Shown here piece by piece: positions 1 through 10,763 of a stretch of 64,000 nucleotides of DNA. Source of the stretch: Nitrospirota bacterium (GTDB lineage: Bacteria > Nitrospirota > UBA9217); assembly GCA_029858565.1 (NCBI GenBank), contig JAOUEV010000012.1:278-64277 (forward strand). Reading direction: 5' to 3'. The stretch's first letter is position 1; each line of letters opens with the position of its first letter. The translations under genes and the position numbers were made by a program. Below the pieces are notes generated by a model, which ran no database searches, was not told the DNA's origin, and saw only the letters and a program-made list of their open reading frames with translations.

Positions 1-725
1 ACATTGCTCTTGCTGTAGAGCGGCGTTTCGGGCGAATTCAGGTACTTGGGCAGCGAGTCGTCCATGACCCTGCCGCCGAAGGCGATCACATTGCCGCTGA
101 TGTCCCTGATCGGGAAGATGATCCTGCCGCGAAAGCGGTCGTAGTGACCTTCTCCCTCGCTCCGCTTCACCACCAGCCCTGCCTTTTCGAGCACCTGCGC
201 TGAATGGCCTTTCTGCTTGAGGTGACGCAGGAGCCCGTCCCACTCCGGCCGCGACCAGCCGATGCCGAACTCCGCGACAATGGCATCGCTCACCCCGCGC
301 TTCGCGAGATAGGCCCGGGCTGCGCTGCCGGCCGGCCCCTCCAGCTCGCGCCGGAAGTAGGCGCCGGCCTCGGCCATGACCGCGAGCAGCTTTTTCCGCT
401 CCTCATCGTGCTGCTTATTCTCGGCCCGCGGCCGGTTCTCGGGAAGGGTGATGCCTGCGCGGTCCGCCAGCTTTTTCACTGCTTCGGGAAAGTTCAGCCC
501 TTCCTGCAGCTCCAGGAACTTGAAGGCGTCCCCGCCCACGCCGCAGCCGAAGCAGTGAAAGATCTGCTTGTCCGGGTTCACGCTGAAGGACGGCGTCTTC
601 TCGTTGTGAAACGGGCAAAGGCCGGTCCAGTTCTTCCCCGTCCGCTTGAGCGTGACATACCCGGAGATCAGGTCCTGGATATCGACACTGTCCCGCACAC
701 GGCCTATGACGTCATCGGTATACAT
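1..725 (-). CDS. dnaG: DNA primase DnaG, N-terminal part (gene continues beyond window start)
   Basis: Reverse-strand translation from ATG at 725-723 reads MYTDDVIGRVRDSVDIQDLISGYVTLKRTGKNWTGLCPFHNEKTPSFSVNPDKQIFHCFGCGVGGDAFKFL..., i.e. a CHC2 zinc finger followed by the start of a TOPRIM domain. No stop before position 1. It is absent from the ORF track because it runs off the window. Confidence 0.85.
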   Translation of the reverse strand, partial: MYTDDVIGRVRDSVDIQDLISGYVTLKRTGKNWTGLCPFHNEKTPSFSVNPDKQIFHCFGCGVGGDAFKFLELQEGLNFPEAVKKLADRAGITLPENRPRAENKQHDEERKKLLAVMAEAGAYFRRELEGPAGSAARAYLAKRGVSDAIVAEFGIGWSRPEWDGLLRHLKQKGHSAQVLEKAGLVVKRSEGEGHYDRFRGRIIFPIRDISGNVIAFGGRVMDDSLPKYLNSPETPLYSKSN

Positions 726-726
726 C

Positions 727-3162
727 TTACTTCTTCAGCTCCGCCACCGTGGCGCCCGCGCCGCCCTCGGCAGGCTCGGCCGGCCGGATGGAGGACACGA
801 GCGGATGGCCCTTGAGGAACGCTGTCACCGCGGCCTTGAGCGCGCCGGTGCCCAGGCCGTGCACCACGAGCACCTGGCCGAATCCCTGCATGCTCGATCG
901 ATCGATGAAGCGGGCTGTTTCTTCGAGGGCCTCGTCCACACGCATGCCGAGCAACATCACTTTGTCGGGCAGGCCTTCGCGTTCCTGGAGCTCGGCTTTC
1001 CACCCGGAAGCAACAGCGGCTGCCGGCGAACCCTGTTTCGCCTGTTCAACAGGAACGACCGCTGCGAGCGGCAGCTTCAGCTTCATGCCGTTGCTGTCGA
1101 CCTCGACCGCGTCCTTGTGCAGGAAGAGCACGGTCCCGGTCCTGTTCAGTCGCGGCATGCGCACGCGGTCGCCCGCATGGAGGGCATGGCTGACCGCGCT
1201 GGCAGTCTCGAAGAGCGCTTCTTCCGCAGGTTCGAGCTGCCTGCTCAGCTCATTGATCCCTGACCGTTCCGCTTGAATATCTGACGGGGTCATGGATGCC
1301 GTGCGCGAAAATTCCTTCAGCTTCGTCCGGAGGCTTGACAGCACTTCCCTCGCGTCCTGACGGGCCTTGGAACGGGCTGTGCGCGCTTCCTCGGCAGCTG
1401 CTTTTGCGGAAGCCTCGGCGTCCGCCTTGAGAACCGCCGCTGTCCGCCGGTCCGCTTCCGCCTGCTCCCGCTCGGCCCGAAGCCTGCGCGAATCATCCTC
1501 CAGCTGCTCCAGAAGCCGGTCGAGACCGGCTTCGCCTCCGCTGATCCTCGACCGCGCGTCATGAATGACGCTGTCAGGAATGCCGAGCCGCTTGGCCAGG
1601 TCAAGACCGTAGCTCCGTCCCGGCCTGCCGGGAATGAACCGATAGGTCGGCTTCAGCGTCTCGGGATCGAACTCCATGGCCGCGTTCACCGCGCCGGCCG
1701 TGCGCGCTCCGAAGAGCTTCAGGCTTCCGTGGTGCGTCGTCACCACGGTCATGCATCCCCGCTCCAGGAGCTTTGCCAGGACCGAGGAACCGAGAGCCGC
1801 GCCCTCGGAGGGGTCGGTGCCCGTGCCGAGCTCATCAAGCAGCACCAGGGAGCCTGCATCCGCTTCCCGGAGGATCTCCGCGATCCGGCTGATGTGCGAG
1901 GAGAACGTGCTCAGGTCCTGCTCCAGGTCCTGCTCGTCCCCGATATCCGCGAAGAGGTCTTTGAACACCGGGACTTCGCTGCCCTCCGCCGCGGTCACCG
2001 GCATGCCGGCCTGGGCCATGAGGCTGAGCAATCCGACCGTCTTCAGGATCACGGTCTTGCCGCCGGCATTCGGCCCGCTGATGATGAGCGCTCGCCGGTC
2101 TTCAGCGAGTTCCACGTCGTTCGGCATGACGTCGAATGCAGCAGGCGCGGTCTTCCGTTTCCAGACCAGCAGCGGATGGCGCGCTTCCCGGAGCAGGAGA
2201 CGGTTCGCCGGGCTGATCGCGGGGATCGTCGCTCCGCATTCCTTCGCGAACCGGCCGCGGGCGTGGACCTCGTCAAGCCCGGTCACCGCATCAAACGTTC
2301 CCGCGATCTCCCCGGCATGCCCCGCCAGAAGCGACGTAAGCTCCCGGAGAATGCGCTCCACCTCGTCGCGCTCATCCATGCGCAGTTCGGCAAGGCGGTT
2401 GTTCTGTTCCAGCACATCGATCGGTTCCACAAAAAGCGTGGCCCGGGAACCCGAGTGGCCATGCACCACGCCGGTCAGCCCCTGCCGGAAGTTCGGCTTG
2501 AGCGGGATAACGTAGCGGTCGTCACGGACCGTGACCACCTGTTCCTGCACGATGTTCTGCGAATCGGCCTGGCGCAGGATCTTGCCCATCCGGTCAAGGA
2601 TGTCGTCCCGCGTCCTGGCGATCAGCTTGCGCAAGCGCCGCAGCTCCGGGCTCGCGGAATCCTTCACCTCGCCTGTCTCGTCCACCGTCGCCGAGATCCG
2701 GTCCTCGATGTCCTTGAGAACGACGATGCGGCCTGCGCGGGAGCAGAGGAGAGACGCCCGCTGCTGTGATCCGGCCGATGGCGCGTCTTCTATCCTCCGG
2801 AAGAAGGCCTTGATCCTCCGGGCAGCGCCGAGCGTGGAGCCGAGCGCAAGAAGTTCCGCAGGCTGCAGGATCGTCCCGGCCACGGACATCCTTTCGAGGG
2901 ACTGCCCGATGGCCTGCACTCCGTCAAAGGGCGGCTGTTCACCTTCCTGGAGGATCTGCAGGAACTCAGCCGCTTCCCCGAGCCGTTCCCCGACAACAGC
3001 ACGCTCGGTCGAGGGCTGCGCGCTTTGGGCCCGGTCCCTGCCCGGCTCGGTTGCAGCAAAACGGGCTACGATCTCCCGCGCTCTATCGTATTCCAGGACC
3101 CGCAGTGCGTGATCGTTCATGTGCCTGATCATCCCCGCTTCACGCGCGTGAACCCGGAACAT
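727..3162 (-). CDS. mutS2: Endonuclease MutS2 (MutS domain + C-terminal Smr domain)
   Basis: 811-aa ORF with Walker A LIISGPNAGGKTVILKTVGLLSLMAQAGMPV and a C-terminal Smr-like VLVVHGLGTGALKAAV segment. The true start is probably the internal Met at ~3120 (MNDHALRVLEYD), which would remove the overlap with the upstream gene. Confidence 0.9.
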   Translation of the reverse strand: MFRVHAREAGMIRHMNDHALRVLEYDRAREIVARFAATEPGRDRAQSAQPSTERAVVGERLGEAAEFLQILQEGEQPPFDGVQAIGQSLERMSVAGTILQPAELLALGSTLGAARRIKAFFRRIEDAPSAGSQQRASLLCSRAGRIVVLKDIEDRISATVDETGEVKDSASPELRRLRKLIARTRDDILDRMGKILRQADSQNIVQEQVVTVRDDRYVIPLKPNFRQGLTGVVHGHSGSRATLFVEPIDVLEQNNRLAELRMDERDEVERILRELTSLLAGHAGEIAGTFDAVTGLDEVHARGRFAKECGATIPAISPANRLLLREARHPLLVWKRKTAPAAFDVMPNDVELAEDRRALIISGPNAGGKTVILKTVGLLSLMAQAGMPVTAAEGSEVPVFKDLFADIGDEQDLEQDLSTFSSHISRIAEILREADAGSLVLLDELGTGTDPSEGAALGSSVLAKLLERGCMTVVTTHHGSLKLFGARTAGAVNAAMEFDPETLKPTYRFIPGRPGRSYGLDLAKRLGIPDSVIHDARSRISGGEAGLDRLLEQLEDDSRRLRAEREQAEADRRTAAVLKADAEASAKAAAEEARTARSKARQDAREVLSSLRTKLKEFSRTASMTPSDIQAERSGINELSRQLEPAEEALFETASAVSHALHAGDRVRMPRLNRTGTVLFLHKDAVEVDSNGMKLKLPLAAVVPVEQAKQGSPAAAVASGWKAELQEREGLPDKVMLLGMRVDEALEETARFIDRSSMQGFGQVLVVHGLGTGALKAAVTAFLKGHPLVSSIRPAEPAEGGAGATVAELKK

Positions 3163-4094
3163 TCCAGAACCTCGAAGCTCTGCTGCTTCTGCACCGCATC
3201 GAGCAGAAGGTTCAGCCCCAGCGTATCGCTCGAAATGTGACCGGCTATGACCACCCGGAGGTGATGCTTCTCCGCCTCCTTGCGGTGGTCATCGGGGAGA
3301 TGCATGCAGACCATGGTGCCGATCCCTGCCTGTGACATCCGCTCGATCGTGTCCTTGGACCCCGAGGTTCCGCCGGTCATTTTCACGAATATCTTCCCGC
3401 ACCGATGCTCCTCGGCGCCGACAAGGATGCGCGGGCCGGCATTCTGACGCTCAGCCTCCTGGTACTCGGGGATGGCCCGGAGCAGGGCCAGCAGGTCGCG
3501 CAGTTTCTCGGGCTGCGCGCGATCGAACAGCGACTGGATAAAACCCTGGACCATGTTGTCCGCCGGCGAATGCAGACAGGCAAAGGGGAGATCAAGGAGC
3601 CGCGCGGCATCCACCGGCCTCCGGTGGTTCGCCGGAAGCACGCTTCGCTCCACTTCCCGCATCCGGTCGGCGATCTGCGATTCTGCGACCGTGATCGGCA
3701 CGCCGAACCGGTGCAGGATGTCGGCCTGCATCTTCATGACCTCGTAGAAGTTCGCGTAGGCCCTTCCTTCGGGATGATGGGCCAGCACCAGGTCGATGCC
3801 TGCGCCCTTCTCGTTCAGGCGGTCGGCAAGCAGCAGTTCCGGGGTCTCGATATCGATGCCTGCGAGGATCTTGCGTAACGGCCGGTCAGGATCTCCATGA
3901 AGGATCCTGCTGTCGGCGTAGGGGTTGGTCAGTTTGTCGCGGTCAAAGGCCCCGGCATCGCCGGGCTGTGTCTTTTCCTGAGCCTTCCGCGCCTCCGTCA
4001 GGTCGCGCTCGGCCGCGGCCCGGCCTCGCGGATCCGCGTCCATGCCCGCGCGGAGGGCGTGCTCGAAGAACTCTCCAATGGTCAATGCGTTCAC
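3129..4094 (-). CDS. Nif3-like dinuclear metal center protein (GTP cyclohydrolase 1 type 2 / YqfO family)
   Basis: 321-aa ORF. Length and conserved His/Asp-rich segments (LVLAHHPEGRAY, VVIAGHISSD) match the NIF3 family. Confidence 0.7.
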   Translation of the reverse strand: MNALTIGEFFEHALRAGMDADPRGRAAAERDLTEARKAQEKTQPGDAGAFDRDKLTNPYADSRILHGDPDRPLRKILAGIDIETPELLLADRLNEKGAGIDLVLAHHPEGRAYANFYEVMKMQADILHRFGVPITVAESQIADRMREVERSVLPANHRRPVDAARLLDLPFACLHSPADNMVQGFIQSLFDRAQPEKLRDLLALLRAIPEYQEAERQNAGPRILVGAEEHRCGKIFVKMTGGTSGSKDTIERMSQAGIGTMVCMHLPDDHRKEAEKHHLRVVIAGHISSDTLGLNLLLDAVQKQQSFEVLECSGFTRVKRG

Positions 4095-4097
4095 TCC

Positions 4098-4136
4098 AAA
4101 AAAAAACAGGGGGCCTCATGCATCAGGGGCCCCCTG
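4098..4136 (-). terminator. Rho-independent terminator after yqeY
   Basis: Perfect inverted repeat cagggggcc/ggccccctg with a 10-nt loop. On the minus strand it is followed by a run of 9 T, immediately 3' of the yqeY stop. Confidence 0.7.
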
Positions 4137-4183
4137 TCGTCGTAGCGGATCACGTATGCTGCTGTGGTCCATGCATCGTATGT

Positions 4184-4630
4184 TTATCCCAATGCATGCT
4201 TTACCAGCTCGCTCACCAGCTTATTGTCTGCCCGTCCGGCAATTACCGGCTGGACCGCTTTCATCACCTTACCCATGTCCTTGGCGCCCTGAGCTCCGGT
4301 CTGCGAAATAGCTTCGCGCACCATGCGCTCCACTTCCTCGCGAGGCAGCTGCTTGGGCAGGTAGACCTCGAGGAAAGCCGCCTCCGCGGTCTCCTTGTCC
4401 GCCAGGTCCTGGCGGCCGGCCTTGGTGAACTGATCGATGGAATCCCGGCGCTGCTTGATGAGCGAGCGGACCGTGTCCTGCACGTCACTGTCGGTCAGTT
4501 CAGCCGGCCGTTTTTCGATCATCTTGTTCTTGATCGCCGCGGACAGCATCCGGAGGGCCGAAACTTTGTCCTTGGCCCCGGACTTCATGGCATCCTTGAT
4601 GTCGCTATCGATCTGTTCCCGAAGTCCCAT
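4184..4630 (-). CDS. yqeY: GatB/YqeY domain protein
   Basis: 148-aa protein with a typical YqeY pattern (KDAMKSGAKDKVSALRMLSAAIKN ... GAKDMGKVMKAV). Lies directly downstream of rpsU, the common rpsU-yqeY arrangement. Confidence 0.85.
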   Translation of the reverse strand: MGLREQIDSDIKDAMKSGAKDKVSALRMLSAAIKNKMIEKRPAELTDSDVQDTVRSLIKQRRDSIDQFTKAGRQDLADKETAEAAFLEVYLPKQLPREEVERMVREAISQTGAQGAKDMGKVMKAVQPVIAGRADNKLVSELVKHALG

Positions 4631-4666
4631 GCACTCCCCTCGGCAATGCCTGATCTGACCCAGGAA

Positions 4667-4867
4667 CTAGCCGTTCCTGAACATACGCGCGGTCTTTGCC
4701 GCCTTCTTGCGCGCGGCGATCGCCTTCTTCTTCTTCTTCACGCTCGGCTTTTCGTAATGCTCGCGCTTCTTCACCTCGGAAAGGATGCCTTCCTTTTCGA
4801 TGCTCTTCTTGAACCTCCGAAGCGCTGCTTCAAAGGGCTCGTTGTCGCGTAATCTGATGCTCGGCAC
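4667..4867 (-). CDS. rpsU: 30S ribosomal protein S21
   Basis: [48 protein letters not shown]... matches S21. GTG start at 4867 is preceded by GGAGG 6-10 nt upstream on the minus strand. The longer track ORF (to 4945) has no RBS. Confidence 0.85.
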   Translation of the reverse strand: MPSIRLRDNEPFEAALRRFKKSIEKEGILSEVKKREHYEKPSVKKKKKAIAARKKAAKTARMFRNG

Positions 4868-5075
4868 AGTAACCCACACCCCCCTCCCACAACAACTCAT
4901 TGATAATCCAACGAATTCCTGTCGTTTGTGATACAGGACTGTCATCCGACCTGGAATGTTGGGTATATACGAAGTGATAAATTAACAACTCCGCATCTGG
5001 TTGTCAAGCAGAATTTTCTGTTTTTTTAAGAGGTTCCGGCTCTTTTCAGACCGGACCTGCTTGCACGCGGACCAC

Positions 5076-6281
5076 TCAGCTCCGATAGGCTGCGTTGATC
5101 TTCACATACTCGTAGGAGAGATCGCAGGTCCAGACGGTTGCCTCGCCTTTTCCCTTGCGAAGATCGATCAGGATATGGACCTCCCGCTGCTTGAGCGAAG
5201 CGGTCGCCTCCTTGTCCGCTGCCTTGCCAAGGCCCACTCCCCGCTCAACGATCTTTGCTTTTCCGAAAGTGATGTCGGTCCGCGTCTCTTCCATATCAAC
5301 ACCGCAGCTCCCGAGCACGGCCATGATCCGGCCCCAGTTGGCATCCTCGCCAAAAAGCGCTGTTTTGACGAGGCTGGACGTCGCAACAGCTGTTGCAGCG
5401 CGCTTTGCCTCAGCGGGATTCTTGGCACCCTGCACCGTGATCTGCACCAGCTTCGTGGCGCCCTCGCCGTCCTTCACCACCTGCAGGGCAAGGGATTTCG
5501 TCACCGCGTCCAGGCAGGCCTGGAGTTTTTTCATGTCCTTGCTGCCCGGCGCCGGCTTCTTGTTCTCTGCTGCGCCGTTCGCCATGACCAGCACCATATC
5601 GTTGGTGCTCATGTCGCCGTCCACGGTGATCGCGTTGAACGAGCGCTCCGTGGCCGACTGCAGCATCTTCTTGAGCACCGGCGCCGCGACGGCCGCGTCG
5701 GTCACGATGAAGCACAGCATGGTCGCCATACCCGGGTGGATCATGCCTGAGCCCTTGGCGATACCGGCCATGGTGATGGTCTTCCCGTCGATCTGCTCCT
5801 GAACGGCGACTGTCTTGACAAAGAGGTCCGTGGTCATGATCGCTTCCGCGGCCTGGCTCCAGCCCGCCGGCGCAAGAAGCCCCCCGGCTGTGGCGATCCC
5901 GGTGCGGACCTTCTGCATGGGAAGCAGCTCGCCGATCACTCCGGTCGAGGCAACATACACCATATCGGGTTTCACACCCAGTTCCTGGGCAGCGATCTCG
6001 GCTGTCTCTTTGGCGTCAGCGAGCCCCTGCTTGCCGGTACACGCGTTGGCGCACCCGCTGTTCACCACGATCACCTGGCCTTTGCCGGATTTCGATTTTG
6101 CCATGCCGAGCACTATGGACGCTGCCTTGACCTTGTTCTGCGTGAACACGCCGGCAACGGCCGCCTCGCGATCGGAGGCGATGATCGCGAGGTCCTTTTT
6201 ATCGGTCTTCTTGATCCCGCAGTGGATGCCCCAGGTCTTGTAACCGGGGACGGTGAAGTTCTTTGCATCGAGATTTTTCAT
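5076..6281 (-). CDS. argJ: Bifunctional glutamate N-acetyltransferase / amino-acid acetyltransferase ArgJ
   Basis: 401-aa ORF with the self-cleavage ATML motif (GMATMLCFIVTDA) and overall ArgJ pattern. Confidence 0.9.
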   Translation of the reverse strand: MKNLDAKNFTVPGYKTWGIHCGIKKTDKKDLAIIASDREAAVAGVFTQNKVKAASIVLGMAKSKSGKGQVIVVNSGCANACTGKQGLADAKETAEIAAQELGVKPDMVYVASTGVIGELLPMQKVRTGIATAGGLLAPAGWSQAAEAIMTTDLFVKTVAVQEQIDGKTITMAGIAKGSGMIHPGMATMLCFIVTDAAVAAPVLKKMLQSATERSFNAITVDGDMSTNDMVLVMANGAAENKKPAPGSKDMKKLQACLDAVTKSLALQVVKDGEGATKLVQITVQGAKNPAEAKRAATAVATSSLVKTALFGEDANWGRIMAVLGSCGVDMEETRTDITFGKAKIVERGVGLGKAADKEATASLKQREVHILIDLRKGKGEATVWTCDLSYEYVKINAAYRS

Positions 6282-6361
6282 GGCCCTTCCTCTTATGAAA
6301 GAGTTGCCCCGAAGCGCCGCGTCCGGCTGATTCTCGGGGATTCACATCCTGTTCGCTTGTC

Positions 6362-7408
6362 TTACGGGAACAGCGCGGCAAACCGAAGGCCCGCTGTCTC
6401 CTCAAATCCCATCATGATGTTCATGTTCTGGACCGCCTGGCCTGACGCGCCCTTCACCAGGTTGTCGATGGCCGTCACAACAACGGCGCGGCCGGTCCGC
6501 GGATCGGCGTACACGCCGATGTCGCAGAAATTGGAACCCCGCACGTTCCGCACGTTCGGGAACTGCCCCAGGGGCAGCACGCGCACAAACGGCTCGTTCC
6601 TGTAGAACTCGTCGTAGATCCTGTGGAGCGCGCCGGTGTCCGCTTTCCCGGTCATGTTCGCATAGATCGTCGTCAGGATGCCGCGGTTCATCGGTACAAG
6701 ATGCGGCGTGAAATTGAGCGTCACCTGTTCGCCCGCGAGTATTGACAGCTCCTGCTCGATCTCGGGCGTGTGCCGGTGGGTGCCGATCTTGTACGCCATG
6801 AACGCTTCATTCGCCTCGGGATAATGGTAGGGAAGCGCGGGGCTTCTGCCTGCGCCGGACACTCCGGACTTGGAGTCGACCACGATCGTCCGATGGTCGA
6901 CCGCCTTGTTCCGGAGCAGCGGGGACAGTCCGAGGATAGCGCTCGTGGGATAGCACCCGGGATTGGCGATCAGCGATGCCTTTTTGATATCGTTCCGGTG
7001 CAGTTCGGGAAGACCATAGACAGCTGATTTGAGCAGATCGGGGTACTGATGGCAGTGCTCGTACCATTTCTCATAGACCGCGGGATCGGACAGCCGGTAG
7101 TCGGCGGAAAGGTCAACGACCTTGACCCCCAGCTTGTGGAATTGATAGCCTGCTTCCTGCGCGGTCACGTGAGGAAGCGCGAGAAAAGCGACGTCCGCTT
7201 TCTTCGCGATCCGTTCAGGATCAAGGGACTCGCAGACCAGGTCCGTGAGCTTGGCAAGATGGGGAAAGATGTCGGTGATCGGCTTGCCCGCGGACCGTTC
7301 CGACGTGATCGCGGTGACCTCGGCCGCCGGGTGATGAAGAAGGATGCGGAAGAGCTCCCCGCCCGTGTATCCGCTGGAGCCGACGATGGCTATTCTGAGT
7401 TTTTTCAT
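6362..7408 (-). CDS. argC: N-acetyl-gamma-glutamyl-phosphate reductase
   Basis: [24 protein letters not shown]-terminal Rossmann motif, catalytic Cys in ANPGCYPTS, 348 aa. Confidence 0.9.
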   Translation of the reverse strand: MKKLRIAIVGSSGYTGGELFRILLHHPAAEVTAITSERSAGKPITDIFPHLAKLTDLVCESLDPERIAKKADVAFLALPHVTAQEAGYQFHKLGVKVVDLSADYRLSDPAVYEKWYEHCHQYPDLLKSAVYGLPELHRNDIKKASLIANPGCYPTSAILGLSPLLRNKAVDHRTIVVDSKSGVSGAGRSPALPYHYPEANEAFMAYKIGTHRHTPEIEQELSILAGEQVTLNFTPHLVPMNRGILTTIYANMTGKADTGALHRIYDEFYRNEPFVRVLPLGQFPNVRNVRGSNFCDIGVYADPRTGRAVVVTAIDNLVKGASGQAVQNMNIMMGFEETAGLRFAALFP

Positions 7409-7584
7409 CTCTGATAGTATACCTGCAATTATCCGCTGCAGCCCGTCGAGAACACAAAAAAAGGGAAGGCATCATCACCTTCCCTTGTCGATCAGCAAGT
7501 ACTGCAGCATGTCTCCAATGTGGTTGTCTGCCCTTTCCGGTGTCGGCATTGGAGGCAGCCGCGCACCCAGCATGCAGTCCGCGA

Positions 7585-7983
7585 TTAACGCTTCGAGAAC
7601 TGGAACCGGGCCCGGGCGCCCTTCTGGCCGTACTTCTTGCGTTCCTTGGAACGGGGGTCGCGCGTCAGCAGGCCTTCCTTCCGCAGCTTGCCCTTTGCCT
7701 CGGTATCAACGGCAAGAAGCGCCTTGGAGATCCCGTGCCGGAGCGCGCCGGCCTGGCCTGTCTCACCGCCGCCCAGCACGGTCGCGAGCACATCGAACTT
7801 GTCCGTCGTACCCGTCACTTCAAAGGGCTGGCGAATGATCATCTTCAGAACATCGCGGCCGAAATACTGGTCCACGGGACGCTCATTGATCGTGATCTTG
7901 CCGCTTCCGGGCATCATCCACACCCGGGCGATCGAATTCTTCCGTTTTCCGGTCGCGTAGAACCGGGATACCGCTGCTGACAT
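7585..7983 (-). CDS. rpsI: 30S ribosomal protein S9
   Basis: [13 protein letters not shown]...[19 protein letters not shown]...[17 protein letters not shown]. Confidence 0.95.
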   Translation of the reverse strand: MSAAVSRFYATGKRKNSIARVWMMPGSGKITINERPVDQYFGRDVLKMIIRQPFEVTGTTDKFDVLATVLGGGETGQAGALRHGISKALLAVDTEAKGKLRKEGLLTRDPRSKERKKYGQKGARARFQFSKR

Positions 7984-8049
7984 GCACGTTCCTCCGTATG
8001 CCGCCGCTCCCCTGGCAGGGACCGGCGTTTGAACCGAATGCTCCGGTTG

Positions 8050-8481
8050 TTAGAACTTCATTTCCACGGGCATCTGCGCCGCGTGGGGGTGTTTCTCGCC
8101 GGCATAGACCTTCAGCTTCGAGAGCATGGACTTGCCCAGCTGGGTCTTGGGCAGCATGCCCTGCACAGCCATCTGGATCACCCGCTCGGGCTTGGTCTTG
8201 AGAAGCTTGCCAGCGGTGATCGACTTGAGGCCGCCGGGATAGCCGGAATGGCTATAGTAGGTCTTCTGAGCCAGCTTGTCACCGGTCAGGTGGATCTTTT
8301 CCGCGTTCACGATGATCACGAAATCACCGGTGTCAACGTGGGTGGTATAAATCGGCTTGGTCTTGCCCTTGAGCACAGCGGCGACCTGGCTTGCGAGCCT
8401 GCCGAGGGTCTTGCCGTTAGCATCGACAATGAACCAGCTTCTTTTAACATCCGCTGCTTTTGCTGAATAAGTAGTAGCCAT
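8050..8481 (-). CDS. rplM: 50S ribosomal protein L13
   Basis: [31 protein letters not shown]...[12 protein letters not shown], 143 aa, upstream of rpsI. Confidence 0.95.
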   Translation of the reverse strand: MATTYSAKAADVKRSWFIVDANGKTLGRLASQVAAVLKGKTKPIYTTHVDTGDFVIIVNAEKIHLTGDKLAQKTYYSHSGYPGGLKSITAGKLLKTKPERVIQMAVQGMLPKTQLGKSMLSKLKVYAGEKHPHAAQMPVEMKF

Positions 8482-9027
8482 AACTCCCGCCTTACGGAAA
8501 AAATGTGTTAAGAACAGCGAATATAAACAATTTGTTCTTGGAAGTCAAGCCTTTTTCAACTTCCATTGGCAAAATTTTCCGATATTCCTGCAACCCTATC
8601 AGCGCAATGCAAAGTTAGGCTTAAATAACAGCAAGTTAGCAGGAAACCGCCCTGCCCAGACTGTTTGAGGGCTCATGAAACCCTGCCTCTTTCCTTACAA
8701 ACTGGATGCGCCGGGGCACAAGCCGTGAGCAGTTATTGCGAAAAAACGGTGCAAGCTGCCTGTCTGCGGAGCACGAGGTTGCATTTTTGCCGGTCGCCAG
8801 CATAGGGCCTTGGCACGCTAAAGAGCCATGATTATTTATGGTAAATACCGCATCTTTTCCCTTGAACCAAAAGACTGAATATGGTAGTCTATGGGTCGCC
8901 TTTCAATAGGAAGGGCGAATTTCAAATCCACACGCATTCGGGACCTGTTGCAGGGTGTCCTGTCCACACGACAGGATCTGCTTTGGGGATGATCGGATGC
9001 GGAGGGACAACCTGAAGGAGGGACATC

Positions 9028-9816
9028 ATGTCCACGATCACGATGAAGGAGTTGCTGGAAGCGGGGGTTCACTTCGGCCATCAGGCCAAGCGCTGGAATC
9101 CCAAGATGAAGAAGTACATTTTTGGCGAGCGGAACGGGATCTATATCATCGATCTTCAGAAGACGCTCAAGCTTTTCAAGGAAGCCTACGATTTCGTCCG
9201 GGATTCCGCGGCCCAGGGCAAGGACATCCTGTTCATCGGGACCAAGAAGCAGGCCCAGGACGCGATCACCGAGGAAGCCAAGCGCTGCGGCATGTACTTT
9301 GTGTCGAGCCGCTGGCTTGGCGGCATGCTGACCAACTACGCAACAGTCAAGAAGAGCATCGACCGCCTCAAGAAGATCGAAAAAATGAAGGAAGACGGCA
9401 CCTACGACAAGCTCACCAAGAAAGAGGTCGCGGGCCTCGAAAAAGAGCGCACCAAGCTCGAAAAAATCCTGTGCGGGATCAAGACCATGCCCGCCCTTCC
9501 GTCGGTCATTTTCGTGATCGATCCCCGGAACGAGGCGATCGCGGTGCATGAGGCGAACAAGCTCGGCATTCCCGTGGTCGCGGTGGTGGACACGAACTGC
9601 GATCCCGACAACATCGACTACGTTATTCCCGGCAATGACGACGCCATCCGCGCCATCCGCCTCATGGCTTCCAAGGTCGCCGATGCGGTGATCGAGGGAC
9701 GCCAGGCGATCGCCAAGGAATCGGGCGAGGCAATGGAAGCGGCCAAGGCCGCGGGCGCGACCGTGCCTTCGGAAGTCCCGGCTGAAGCAGAGGGTGACAC
9801 GGCGGAAGAGGCGTAA
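9028..9816 (+). CDS. rpsB: 30S ribosomal protein S2
   Basis: [52 protein letters not shown] at 9014-9021. Confidence 0.95.
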   Translation: MSTITMKELLEAGVHFGHQAKRWNPKMKKYIFGERNGIYIIDLQKTLKLFKEAYDFVRDSAAQGKDILFIGTKKQAQDAITEEAKRCGMYFVSSRWLGGMLTNYATVKKSIDRLKKIEKMKEDGTYDKLTKKEVAGLEKERTKLEKILCGIKTMPALPSVIFVIDPRNEAIAVHEANKLGIPVVAVVDTNCDPDNIDYVIPGNDDAIRAIRLMASKVADAVIEGRQAIAKESGEAMEAAKAAGATVPSEVPAEAEGDTAEEA

Positions 9817-9884
9817 ACCCGCATCCGGACCGGACCTAACCCGGTCGGGAGTTAGGATAATCACGAAAGGGGTTTTTGCATATC

Positions 9885-10754
9885 ATGGCTACGATTTCAG
9901 CATCTGCAGTCAAGGACCTGCGCGAGAAGACCGGCGTAGGCATGATGGAAGCGAAAAAAGCGCTTGAAGAGGCCGGCGGCGATTTTGAGAAGGCCGTCGA
10001 CATTCTGCGCAAGAAGGGGCTTTCCGCGGCCGCGAAAAAGGCAACGCGCGTGGCATCCGAAGGCATGATCGCGTCAGCGGTCCAGGGACCGGTGGGCGTG
10101 CTTATCGAAGTGAACAGCGAGACCGACTTTGTCGCGAAGAATCCCGAGTTCCAGCAGTTCGCCAAGGGGCTGGCCGAGCTTACTGCGGCCAAGGCCCCGG
10201 CCGATGTCTCGGCGCTTTCCCAGCTCACGCTGGACAATGAGAACGTCGAGGCGCGGCGCAACAGCCTGGTCCAGAAGATCGGCGAGAACATCTCGATCCG
10301 CAGGTTCGTACGCTACGACAATGCCGGGAATCTGGCGATCTACCTGCACGGAACCCGCATCGGCGTCATGGTGGACCTTGCTGGCGGCGACGAGCAGCTC
10401 GGCAGGGATATCGCAATGCATATCGCGGCGGCAAACCCGCCCTATCTTTCCCGGGAAACGGTTCCCGCCGACTCGGTCAGCCGCGAACGGGCGATCTACG
10501 AGGACCAGGCCAAGCAGACCGGCAAGCCGGCCGCCGTCATCTCCAAGATCGTGGACGGCAAGATGGAGAAGTTCTACAGCGACAACTGTCTCGTCGAGCA
10601 GATCTACATCAAGGACCCCGAGGGAAAGCAGAAGGTCAAGAACATCCTGAAGGGCGCTGAAATCAAGCGGTTCGTCCGCTTCCAGCTCGGCGAAGGCATC
10701 GAGAAGAAGAAGGAAGACTTCGCGGCCGAAGTCGCCGCACAGCTGAAGCAGTAA
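9885..10754 (+). CDS. tsf: Elongation factor Ts
   Basis: MATISASAVKDLREKTGVGMMEAKKALEEAGGDFEKAVDILRKKG (UBA-like N-terminus) plus the dimerisation domain. ATG at 9885; the track start 9876 is TTG. Confidence 0.95.
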   Translation: MATISASAVKDLREKTGVGMMEAKKALEEAGGDFEKAVDILRKKGLSAAAKKATRVASEGMIASAVQGPVGVLIEVNSETDFVAKNPEFQQFAKGLAELTAAKAPADVSALSQLTLDNENVEARRNSLVQKIGENISIRRFVRYDNAGNLAIYLHGTRIGVMVDLAGGDEQLGRDIAMHIAAANPPYLSRETVPADSVSRERAIYEDQAKQTGKPAAVISKIVDGKMEKFYSDNCLVEQIYIKDPEGKQKVKNILKGAEIKRFVRFQLGEGIEKKKEDFAAEVAAQLKQ

Positions 10755-10763
10755 GGTACCAAC

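Noticed and set aside
204-815. 203-aa plus-strand ORF at the window start
   Set aside because: It lies entirely antisense to the dnaG N-terminal coding region, which has a strong primase zinc-finger/TOPRIM signature on the minus strand. It has Arg/Pro/Ala-rich high-GC antisense composition and no RBS.
1561-2769. 402-aa plus-strand ORF and several other ORFs of 60-280 aa between 750 and 3100
   Set aside because: They are antisense or out-of-frame shadows of mutS2; long spurious ORFs are expected at this GC content.
8836-9864. 342-aa minus-strand ORF spanning the rplM-rpsB intergenic region and all of rpsB
   Set aside because: It is antisense to the unambiguous ribosomal protein S2 gene and has no coding signature of its own.
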